Source: an uncultured virus (IMG/VR IMGVR_UViG_2822120212_000001) (taxonomy: Duplodnaviria > Heunggongvirae > Uroviricota > Caudoviricetes). From it: a DNA stretch of 20,000 bases. Numbering within the stretch: the first letter of the stretch is position 1; each line of letters opens with the position of its first letter. The DNA is taken from IMG/VR virus record IMGVR_UViG_2822120212_000001, positions 45,704 through 65,703 of that record. One strand, written 5' to 3'. The notes beneath the pieces were generated by a model. That model was given only the letters and a program-made list of their open reading frames with translations, was not told the origin of the DNA and did no database searches. A program made the translations under genes and the position numbers. Below, piece after piece: positions 9,367 through 16,777 of the stretch.

Positions 9367-9964
9367 AGACAAAGTGATACTAGGCGATTTGAAACGTTTC
9401 AGATGTATGTCGCGCGATGATATTATAGATTTGCATTTTCATGGAGTAAAAAACGCAGTTACTTGCTGTAATACTGTTATGAAACGATTGAGAAGAGACG
9501 GCCATGTGGATGCCAATATCACACAGCAGCCATTTGTATATTTTCCTCAACCTAGCACACTTCGAAAAACTAGCCAAAAGATTCCACACTTCCTCGGTAT
9601 TGTGGATATATATAAACAGCTTATCCATTATGAAAAACCTAAACTATTTAAAGTAGAACCAAAATACGGAAAGGATTATATGGAACCTGATGCATTTACA
9701 ATATGGCGCAGATCTCCATTCTTCATCGAAGTCCAGAAGTCGGTTTACAGTAAAAAAGTTATGCAGGATAAAATCAACAGGTATGAATTATATTTTCGCA
9801 GTCAGGAATGGCATAACGAGTCATGGCAGCCAAAAGGTTCTAAATTTTTCCCGTCAATCCTCATTATTACTGATAAGCAGTATGATATTAGTTCTTCTAA
9901 CTTACGAGTCTTTCAAGCTTCTTCAATTAGCAATTTCATAGATAGTATTGCTGTTAAAGCATAA
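9356..9964 (+). CDS. Replication-relaxation (Replic_Relax) family protein
   Basis: N-terminal wHTH, IPHFLGI, EPDAF, FFIEVQ PD-(D/E)xK-like core, KINRY; overlaps FtsK gene. Confidence 0.8.
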   Translation: MNSRDKVILGDLKRFRCMSRDDIIDLHFHGVKNAVTCCNTVMKRLRRDGHVDANITQQPFVYFPQPSTLRKTSQKIPHFLGIVDIYKQLIHYEKPKLFKVEPKYGKDYMEPDAFTIWRRSPFFIEVQKSVYSKKVMQDKINRYELYFRSQEWHNESWQPKGSKFFPSILIITDKQYDISSSNLRVFQASSISNFIDSIAVKA

Positions 9965-9990
9965 TAAGAAGAGTTTTATTCGCGGGAATC

Positions 9991-10146
9991 GTATCCGTTG
10001 TAGCGTTATGCGGAGGATTGTTCATTATGGTTGGTAGCCAGGAACGGGGATTCTCGCTAATAAGTCGTGCGGGGATTGGTTATATAGTGGTGCAAATGAT
10101 TCCGTTGTTTATGAGAGTGCTTGTTGAGATCGCTAAGGCTATTTAG
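9991..10146 (+). pseudogene. C-terminal remnant of a TrbC/VirB2 pilin-like membrane protein (not in ORF track)
   Basis: Frame reads VSVVALCGGLFIMVGSQERGFSLISRAGIGYIVVQMIPLFMRVLVEIAKAI-stop; in-frame TAA at 9955 and no RBS/start before this segment. Confidence 0.65.
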
Positions 10147-10169
10147 TCCTACTTAATGTAGGACTTTTT
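10145..10169 (+). terminator. Intrinsic terminator
   Basis: AGTCCTAC TTAAT GTAGGACT TTTT. Confidence 0.8.
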
Positions 10170-10332
10170 CATATGATAATAACCATCTATCGTTATTATC
10201 AGACAACATATCTTAACTCAACATTCGCAATAAATAGTTTTATGTTTCTAAAATTGTAATATATTTACATTTGTGAAAATCGAAAGTATGATGAAGGTGC
10301 AAGCTATAAAACTATTAAAGGGGGATTTTTTT

Positions 10333-10764
10333 ATGTTAAAGAAACTAGCAATGGGAGCATTAGCAACTGGAATTGCTTTATCTGGGGCCGGAGGAGCACT
10401 TGCAGCTGAAAAACCTCAGGTAGTTGATAAAAAGATTTCATCCAATTCCATAGCATCGGTTAATGTAGGTAACGGGCAAACTGACGGAACACTTTATTCT
10501 ATTAGTGCTTATCGTTTAATTCCAGTAAAAGCTTCGAGTTTAAGTCAAAAATCACTTTCTGTGGATTTATGGGGACACTCAGATACTAAAATTTCTATTT
10601 ATGAAGATAGTGAGTATGGTAGACTTTTAGGTTCATGGACAATGTCTGAAACACCAAAGACGGTAAGCATTAACCCTAGTAAAACTTATTATTTACGTAT
10701 TGGTGTAATGCCACATAGCCAAGATAGTTCGTGGAACTATGTGGTAAATTGGCAATTTAAATAA
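10333..10764 (+). CDS. Secreted hypothetical protein (beta-rich, moron)
   Basis: RBS AGGGGGA before ATG 10333; signal peptide MLKKLAMGALATGIALSGAGGALA. Confidence 0.8.
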   Translation: MLKKLAMGALATGIALSGAGGALAAEKPQVVDKKISSNSIASVNVGNGQTDGTLYSISAYRLIPVKASSLSQKSLSVDLWGHSDTKISIYEDSEYGRLLGSWTMSETPKTVSINPSKTYYLRIGVMPHSQDSSWNYVVNWQFK

Positions 10765-10766
10765 TT

Positions 10767-10800
10767 AAGAAAAAACCCTGTTTATACAGGGTTTTTTCTT
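10767..10800. terminator. Intrinsic terminator (bidirectional type)
   Basis: AAGAAAAAACCCTGT TTAT ACAGGGTTTTTTCTT perfect inverted repeat. Confidence 0.85.
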
Positions 10801-10801
10801 T

Positions 10802-10830
10802 GCAGGAATTTATCAATCATCATGGAATAC
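10802..10830 (+). promoter_or_regulatory. sigmaH-type promoter
   Basis: GCAGGAATT-tatcaatcatcatg-GAATAC: AGGA (10804) N17 GAAT (10825). Confidence 0.55.
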
Positions 10831-10855
10831 TGTCACTAGGAGGTGTTGTGACGTT

Positions 10856-11446
10856 ATGACGGACGAAATTGTTTATTCTGCTAGTGAAGTATACAAGCGA
10901 CTAGGAATTTCCGATAGCACCCTTAGAAAGTACATGGAAGTATTATCACGCGAAGGATTCGCAGTAAAGAAAGATAATCGAGGCAGACGCCAATACACAG
11001 AGCATGACGTTATGGTGATTGAGAAGTTAATTGAACTCAGTAAGCATGACGGTATGACGCTAGAGAAGGCAGCGAAGATGATTGCGCAGCAAATAGAGAA
11101 GGTTAATCCGGATCTGATTCAAGAAGATCCTGAGGAAACGGATTTAGTGCCATTCCACATTAAACAGCAATTACAGCAGCAGTACAGCGTTATGGCGCAA
11201 GAAATGAATCAGAGTATGTTAGCGATGGAGAAGCGATTAAGTGAGCAGGCGAAGCAAAGTAACGAGGAAATTAAAGCGAGTATAGAATCGCATAATGAAC
11301 GAGTGGAAAAACGATTGGAAGCTCGGGATGAGACGCTTATGAAGACACTACGTGAGATGCAGGAAACGAAGAGATTAATGCAGGAATTTCGGGATGAGGT
11401 TGCTGCAGCGAATGAGAAGAAAAAGCCGTGGTGGCGGTTTTGGTGA
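10856..11446 (+). CDS. MerR-type HTH + coiled coil + WW amphipathic tail (DUF3967 / RacA / TubY-like)
   Basis: RBS AGGAGG; YSASEVYKRLGISDSTLRKY...GRRQYTEHDV MerR HTH; RLEARDETLMKTLREMQE; ends KKKPWWRFW. Confidence 0.85.
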   Translation: MTDEIVYSASEVYKRLGISDSTLRKYMEVLSREGFAVKKDNRGRRQYTEHDVMVIEKLIELSKHDGMTLEKAAKMIAQQIEKVNPDLIQEDPEETDLVPFHIKQQLQQQYSVMAQEMNQSMLAMEKRLSEQAKQSNEEIKASIESHNERVEKRLEARDETLMKTLREMQETKRLMQEFRDEVAAANEKKKPWWRFW

Positions 11447-11598
11447 GAACAAGAAATATATGAAGTAACCAATAAAGTTGCATAAAATCAATGGTTTGAA
11501 AGTCTAATATCGCAAAATTATCTTTCAAAATAACTCGTATACTTTGTTATAATCAACCCAGGATATATAATACTGGTTAATCGAAAAGAGGGATAATA

Positions 11599-11772
11599 GT
11601 GAAACAAGTAGCTCTCCATCAATTGCACAAAGAGCATAATAAACGAATAGCAGAATTTCATAAAAAAAACGAAATTAAAATTCAACGTGGTGAAAATGGG
11701 AACGGTTTGCTAGCTAAATGGGAAAGATTTTTCTATAACAAGGTAATTTCCCCTCTAAAGAATGTTAAATAA
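11599..11772 (+). CDS. Small basic hypothetical protein, 57 aa (not in ORF track)
   Basis: RBS AAGAGGGA, GTG 11599; MKQVALHQLHKEHNKRIAEFHKKNEIKIQRGENGNGLLAKWERFFYNKVISPLKNVK; followed by hairpin 11781-11807. Confidence 0.65.
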   Translation: MKQVALHQLHKEHNKRIAEFHKKNEIKIQRGENGNGLLAKWERFFYNKVISPLKNVK

Positions 11773-11838
11773 TAAAAGAGAAGCAGGAGTGTTTTGGTTT
11801 CCTGCTTAAAATAAATAAAAAACAGAANNTTCTGTTTT

Positions 11839-12045
11839 TTATTTATTTTCTAACGTCTCGTAAAGACGCTTGTACATATCTTTATATGCTTTAGAATGTC
11901 GGTTGACTAGTTGAGAATCTACATAATGCTCAACTAGCATGTCAATGATGTTATTAATTGATGTTTTATCCATACCTTCTTGTTCCTTTATAAATGGTTT
12001 AAGGGTATTTAGCTTTAGCAAAACGGCTGGTGAAATTTTAGCTGT
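11839..12045 (-). pseudogene. 5'-truncated partition-associated small DNA-binding protein
   Basis: Frame TAKISPAVLLKLNTLKPFI...SINNIIDMLVEHYV resembles the C-terminal domain of the adjacent ParB-like protein (SIKIS...EIIDLLIDRYV); TAA at 12046-12048 upstream and no RBS. Confidence 0.55.
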
Positions 12046-12110
12046 TTAATCCGTGTATTTAAGTAAGTGGAAGAAAGTTGATTAGGTATAGATATATTAA
12101 AAAAAAGTGG

Positions 12111-12156
12111 AAATATAGAAATATCCCTATTTCTAAATAGGGATATTTCTATATTT
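12111..12156. repeat. Perfect 22-bp inverted repeat built from parS-like motifs (terminator and/or centromere site)
   Basis: AAATATAGAAATATCCCTATTT CT AAATAGGGATATTTCTATATTT directly after the par operon stop codon. Confidence 0.85.
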
Positions 12157-12531
12157 TTAAATCTCTGTTAATAGCTTGAATTTCCTTTTCTGTTCAGGTG
12201 TTAGCTCATTTTCTACATAGCGATCTATAAGTAAATCGATGATCTCATAAGCAAATTTTGTGTTTGTAAGTTTCATTAATACTTCTAGTTCTTCTTTTGA
12301 TTGATTAGAAATTTTAATGCTACCTTGTTGATTTTTAAATTTCTTTTTTGATTCAATTTTTTCGTTTCTTTTTTCTTTTCGAGTTACTTGTTTTTCTTCA
12401 GTCTTAGGTTGAGAAGGCGTAGCTGGAACCTCGTTATTTTCCACTACAGCTTGTCCTTGCTCTGGTACATAAGGCTCAGTAGGTTCAAAGTTACTTTTCT
12501 TTCTACCTAACAAACCAGGAGTTCTCGCCAT
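12157..12531 (-). CDS. Type Ib partition centromere-binding adaptor (ParB/ParG-like)
   Basis: Directly downstream of parA; likely ATG 12531 (MARTPGLLGRKK); disordered N-terminus and ribbon-helix-helix-like C-terminus. Confidence 0.7.
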   Translation of the reverse strand: MARTPGLLGRKKSNFEPTEPYVPEQGQAVVENNEVPATPSQPKTEEKQVTRKEKRNEKIESKKKFKNQQGSIKISNQSKEELEVLMKLTNTKFAYEIIDLLIDRYVENELTPEQKRKFKLLTEI

Positions 12532-12532
12532 T

Positions 12533-13354
12533 TTACACACCAACCTTCATTTTTTCAAACATATCAATACGAGATAGCAATTCATCACTAATCGTTTCGT
12601 ATAGTTCAATTACATTCATATCATGTCTATCTTTTTCAGTAATACCATTCACATCAAATCGTTTAATACGTTCCATTTGAGGGACGATGTTTTTAAATAG
12701 GTTTTCTTCACCGAAAATTTCACGAGCATTTTCCATGATATATTCGTCAACCTTACCGTTGTTTTTTAATAGGACAGGAAGAACACCAACTACTTCAATA
12801 TCAAGATCATATTGCTCTTTTAGCTTAATAAGTTCATTAACATAATTCTCAGCACCAGTTAGAGAACGCTCTTGAGTTTGCAAAGCAATTAGAACATAAT
12901 CAGAAGCTACAACGGCGTTCTTTGTAACTTCTAGTGACATTGGAGGAACATCGATAAATATGTAGTCGTATTTATGCTTTATCTTTTCAAGTAATCCTTT
13001 AAAGTAATGATCTTCTTCAGCTTCCGAAGAACAATTTTTATAAAGGAATTTTGCGAAATCTTGAAAATCAACGTAAGAAGGAAGTAAATGTAAGTTCTCC
13101 ATAATTTCCACTTCTAAGCCGTCTAGGTTCCCCTCTTGTATTCCCTTCATTAATGTTTTTTCTACTGTAACAATTTCATCAGGGTTAAGAATGGATTTTG
13201 TTAACATTAAAGACTTTGTTGCGTTACTTTGTGGATCAAGGTCAACAAGTAATGTACGCTTGCCCTTTTTAGCAAATTCATAAGAGTTCAATACAGCATT
13301 TGTGGTTTTACCGACTCCACCTTTGTAATTACCTACCGTAATTGTAATAGCCAT
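12533..13354 (-). CDS. parA: ParA/Soj-family partition ATPase (no N-terminal HTH, type Ib)
   Basis: NYKGGVGKTT deviant Walker A, LVDLDPQSNAT, YIFIDVPP; RBS GGAG before ATG 13354. Confidence 0.95.
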   Translation of the reverse strand: MAITITVGNYKGGVGKTTNAVLNSYEFAKKGKRTLLVDLDPQSNATKSLMLTKSILNPDEIVTVEKTLMKGIQEGNLDGLEVEIMENLHLLPSYVDFQDFAKFLYKNCSSEAEEDHYFKGLLEKIKHKYDYIFIDVPPMSLEVTKNAVVASDYVLIALQTQERSLTGAENYVNELIKLKEQYDLDIEVVGVLPVLLKNNGKVDEYIMENAREIFGEENLFKNIVPQMERIKRFDVNGITEKDRHDMNVIELYETISDELLSRIDMFEKMKVGV

Positions 13355-13382
13355 TTTTAACACTCCAGTTATATTATTTAAA

Positions 13383-13473
13383 ATTTCCCTATATCCCTTT
13401 ATAGAAATAGGGAAAAATAGAAATAGGGAAATAGGGATATTTCTAACTATAGAAATAGGGATATTTCTATATC
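13383..13473. repeat. parS/operator-like cluster I of AAATAGGG / ATAGAAAT motifs
   Basis: ATAGAAATAGGGAAAAATAGAAATAGGGAAATAGGGATATTTC... upstream of parA. Confidence 0.8.
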
Positions 13474-13640
13474 TTTAAAGAAATTATAACAATGATATTT
13501 GGGTTATGCAATAGAATCATAGAGTTAGTAATTAATAACAAAAACGTTGGTATCAAAAGATTATTTTGATGTATGAAGTAGAGAGAGTTAAGAAACAAAT
13601 ATGTAATTTCGTAGAGATGTTAGTAGAGGCAAAAATAATT

Positions 13641-13724
13641 AAAATAGGGAAATATAGATATAGGGAAAAGGGGAAATATCCCTATATCTATAAGTGGAAA
13701 TAGGGAAATAGGGAAATAGGGATA
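13641..13724. repeat. parS/operator-like cluster II of AAATAGGG motifs
   Basis: AAATAGGGAAATATAGATATAGGGAAAAGGGGAAATATCCCTATATC...GGAAATAGGGAAATAGGGAAATAGGGATAT (8-bp period). Confidence 0.8.
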
Positions 13725-13751
13725 TTATTCAAAAAGTGCGTAAATTCGCTG

Positions 13752-13780
13752 TTTACAAAGGATAAAGCTTGTTGTAACGT
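13752..13780 (+). promoter_or_regulatory. sigmaA-type promoter firing into the ORF-free region
   Basis: TTTACA-N17-TAACGT. Confidence 0.5.
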
Positions 13781-13888
13781 AGTACACAACAAGCACCATT
13801 CTACAAAACAAAACATAATTTGATATTTTACATAAACGAAGATCATGAAGATCGATAGAGCAAAATCAAAACAATTGAATATGAACAG

Positions 13889-14064
13889 AAAACAAAAAGC
13901 CACTCCATTTGCTATCGGCTACCAACCTTTAGCGGAGTGACTCAGTTCTAGTAATTGCTACCAACACTTACTAGAATGAACTGTATTAACCCACAGTGTT
14001 TACGTTTAAGTAGTGTACCATCACTTTCTTAAACAACTATGCCTTTTCACGAGGCTTCTTTGAT
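13889..14064 (-). ncRNA. Putative antisense copy-control RNA (~175 nt, three UGGUA-loop hairpins)
   Basis: Own promoter at 14071-14099; three hairpins; last one followed by TTTTTGTTTT on the minus strand; a stem mismatch on plus is a G-U pair on minus. Confidence 0.65.
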
Positions 14065-14070
14065 ATACCC

Positions 14071-14099
14071 ATTTTATCTATTGTTTGGATAAATATCAA
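14071..14099 (-). promoter_or_regulatory. sigmaA promoter of the antisense RNA
   Basis: Minus strand TTGATA-N17-TAAAAT. Confidence 0.7.
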
Positions 14100-14148
14100 C
14101 TAGTAAATACTAGTTTTGATTATTTTGTAGTCCAAAAGATATATAACG

Positions 14149-14219
14149 GGCATCTCTAAGCCTAGAAGTCTTGTGATGTACAGGCCATTTAGGGAATTAG
14201 AGATGCCTTTTTGTTTTTT
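14149..14219 (+). terminator. Long hairpin with U-tract, possible attenuator
   Basis: GGCATCTCTAA (14149-14159) / TTAGAGATGCC (14197-14207) then TTTTTGTTTTTT. Confidence 0.55.
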
Positions 14220-14224
14220 GTTCG

Positions 14225-14850
14225 CGTGGAATTGCCTGAAACCACGTAAATAAAACTGATAAGCCGTGATTCCGTGCTTCTATATAGAGGGAACGTGTTA
14301 CGGCGTGGCTAGCTGTTGGTCGTGCAGGGGGTACAGAGTATACGCCTACAAAAACAGCACCCCTCATTGGAATCCTGTTCTTCTGGTGAGGGTGGGCGAG
14401 AACTTGCCCAGGGACGATTCTCTAAAAGGTTCGGGTGGTTATCGTTAGCATTACGGTGCTAGGGAGTACATTCAGTTTGTCGTGTAGGGACGATATTACA
14501 AGGACAAGCCATAGTAAAAGGATGTATGCGGTGAAAATCGCTGAGTGAACAGGGTCTATACATACGGATACCTTATAAGTGACCGCATGGCGAAAACAAA
14601 GACGCTTATCCATCTATTTTGACTGATTACTTTTTTTGTAGTCTTTCAAAGTAGGGGATAAATCTGCCTTCCAGCCGTATTCCATAATCGTTCCCACATG
14701 ATAAAAACCCTCAAGACCTTCAGTCAAGCGTAACTGTGAAGAAAGGATGAAAAACATGAGTTTGTTTAACTTTTGGGGGAATGACTTACTAAGATAGAGG
14801 AATAAATAAGGGATTTACTATTTACTTGGTTAAAGGATAAGGGGACGGAT
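14225..14850 (+). ncRNA. Putative large structured non-coding RNA / replication-origin region
   Basis: GC-rich island with no RBS-backed ORF; nested long-range pairings, UACG and GAAA tetraloop hairpins, G-U pairs favouring the plus strand. Confidence 0.55.
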
Positions 14851-15124
14851 GATTAAAATATTTCCTATTGCAGAATTTGGTTTTACATATCGGATATAGT
14901 ACGTGAAATTAAACTTATATAATTTTAGTTTGATTGGTATATGGTGATATTCTAGCAGTTGATGAAAAAGCACGTTGAGAAGTGATGAAGTAAACAGAAA
15001 AAATATTGTTAGAAGATGTAGTGGTTAACCTCAGTAAACAAAAATTAACTTTTATTGTATATTTTGAAAATAGATATTAATTAAGGTAATCTTAATTTAA
15101 ACTAATAAGGGGAGGGATATCATT

Positions 15125-16066
15125 GTGAAAGTATTTAAATTAACTACAGAAAGTCATGCTCTTTTAGATTTGAATGAACAGAGCTGGGAAACTACTATTG
15201 CTTATTATGAGAAGGAAACTCATAAGAGAGCGCCCTATTATTGTGATCTAAAAAAGAAAACCAGATATTTTGCTGTTTGTCCTGGTTGTAATAATCCGGT
15301 TCAATTAGTAAATTTGTATGTTAATAAGAAATTACCAGGCAACGAAAAGAAGCAATCCCCACATGCTAAACATCAACCGCATTCAGTTATTGGAATAGCA
15401 ACCTATTATCAAGAAAAGTACGATACCTGTGAATTGAGACAGAGAACACCCTTCAGTGATACTGAGAAAAGAGCTGGAACGGAAGTACCAAATGAAATAT
15501 TGCAGCTCATACAACGATATCCAGACATTTTATATAAACATATACGAAAAATAATAGGTATCAATTTTTCTAGACGCGTATTTGAGCGCATGATTGATAA
15601 TTTTCTTCGTGCAAATGGACATTGTTATAAGCGTATTAATAAATTTAATTTGCCGTATGCTTTTCTATATATGCAAAAAAGTACAAGAATTATTAATCAA
15701 CATATTACAGAAGGTCATGCTTATCAAAAAGAAATAATTGATTGTATACAAAATAGTAAATATTTTACTGTATCTGATAATAAAATTACACCTATTAACC
15801 CGAAGGTTGATGGATTTGTAGAAATTGATTTTTACTTAACAAAACATAAAATAACACCAATTAAAAATATGATTACTCTCTGTATTACTGAATCTAAGGG
15901 AGGGGAAGTTGATAGTTTATTAGAAAAGGAATTTCCAGTAAATGAATCTGATTATATAAATGATATCAACGAGGCGATGGACAATGGGGATAATGAAATG
16001 GATAGTAATAAAGCTAGATCTCAATTGAGAGAGATGGTACTCAATTGCATTGAAAAAAATAAGTGA
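15125..16066 (+). CDS. Hypothetical protein with N-terminal CxxC...H...C metal-binding motif
   Basis: RBS AAGGGGAGGG, GTG start; FAVCPGCNNPVQL, PHAKH, TCEL; low GC. Confidence 0.8.
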   Translation: MKVFKLTTESHALLDLNEQSWETTIAYYEKETHKRAPYYCDLKKKTRYFAVCPGCNNPVQLVNLYVNKKLPGNEKKQSPHAKHQPHSVIGIATYYQEKYDTCELRQRTPFSDTEKRAGTEVPNEILQLIQRYPDILYKHIRKIIGINFSRRVFERMIDNFLRANGHCYKRINKFNLPYAFLYMQKSTRIINQHITEGHAYQKEIIDCIQNSKYFTVSDNKITPINPKVDGFVEIDFYLTKHKITPIKNMITLCITESKGGEVDSLLEKEFPVNESDYINDINEAMDNGDNEMDSNKARSQLREMVLNCIEKNK

Positions 16067-16086
16067 ATGAGAGGTTTAACATATGA

Positions 16087-16279
16087 TATGTTACGCTTTC
16101 TAATTAGAGAATCTGTTTTATAAAACGTGTCCACGATTTATGTCTTACTATATGTAATATTTGTTTAGTGTAATTTTTATGAATATATATAGTTACATAA
16201 AGTTTTTGAGAAAAAGAAAGTATACTTTGATATTGTGTAATAAGGACAAGGCCCGCCTACGGAAATAGGTGGGTTTTTT
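16087..16279. repeat. ~190-bp diverged direct repeat, copy A (PlcR-like box, TATACT, terminator)
   Basis: Aligns by eye with 17709-17900, e.g. shared CCTACGGAAATAGGTGGGTT and GTATACTTTG.TATTGTGTAATAA. Confidence 0.85.
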
Positions 16280-16286
16280 AATGCAT

Positions 16287-16314
16287 AAAGAAAAGACACC
16301 CTAAAGTGCCTTTC
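16287..16314 (-). repeat. Cassette-boundary hairpin repeat copy 1 (truncated)
   Basis: AAAGAAAAGACACCCTAAAGTGCCTTTC abutting the stop codon of 16314..16523. Confidence 0.75.
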
Positions 16315-16523
16315 TACTCTGTAACAAATTTAAATACATAGTACATAAAAAATAAACAAGATAGATATGCTAGTCTGCCAGCAATCGATTCTTTCATAAA
16401 TTTCATAAGTACCACTTTGATAATCAACGCTAAAAATAATGGTATAAACAGTATCATAGCCAGCTTGATTGCTAAGTCATTTATAGTTGGGTTAAATGGT
16501 TCAAAATTAATTATGATATTCAC
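16314..16523 (-). CDS. Small two-TM membrane protein
   Basis: RBS AAGGAAGG, GTG start, two hydrophobic segments. Confidence 0.75.
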   Translation of the reverse strand: MNIIINFEPFNPTINDLAIKLAMILFIPLFLALIIKVVLMKFMKESIAGRLAYLSCLFFMYYVFKFVTE

Positions 16524-16579
16524 TTACCTTCCTTTTATCCTTTTATATTTATAATAAAATTTATATTGTTTTGTCTAAT

Positions 16580-16636
16580 AGAAAAGAGACCATAAGGTGC
16601 CTTCCTCCAACTTGAACCATCTTAATTTTTATTATA
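16580..16636 (-). repeat. Cassette-boundary hairpin repeat copy 2
   Basis: AGAAAAGAGACCATAAGGTGCCTTCCTCCAACTTGAACCATCTTAATTTT. Confidence 0.85.
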
Positions 16637-16640
16637 TAAG

Positions 16641-16672
16641 AAAAGAAGACATGGATTAAGATGTCTTCTTTT
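16641..16672. terminator. Intrinsic terminator
   Basis: AAAAGAAGACAT GGATTAAG ATGTCTTCTTTT. Confidence 0.75.
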
Positions 16673-16777
16673 ACTTGTACACTTGGTGTTAAGAAGGTAT
16701 TGCATTGCTTAAAAACTATAAAAAAATATAACAATCATCGAGTAAGCCTATTATAGCATCAATAAATAGAGTTTTTA

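Noticed and set aside
11818..11839. Palindrome AAAAACAGAA-NN-TTCTGTTTTT
   Set aside because: Centred on two ambiguous bases; could be a terminator or an assembly join, so it cannot be interpreted.
13688..14613. ORFs 13688-13903, 14266-14448 and 14422-14613 as a possible rep gene
   Set aside because: Short, no good RBS, no Rep motifs; they overlap repeats and RNA hairpins.
14225..14850. Group I or group II intron
   Set aside because: No interrupted host gene, no GTGCG 5' end or domain V, and no recognisable P7 core by eye.
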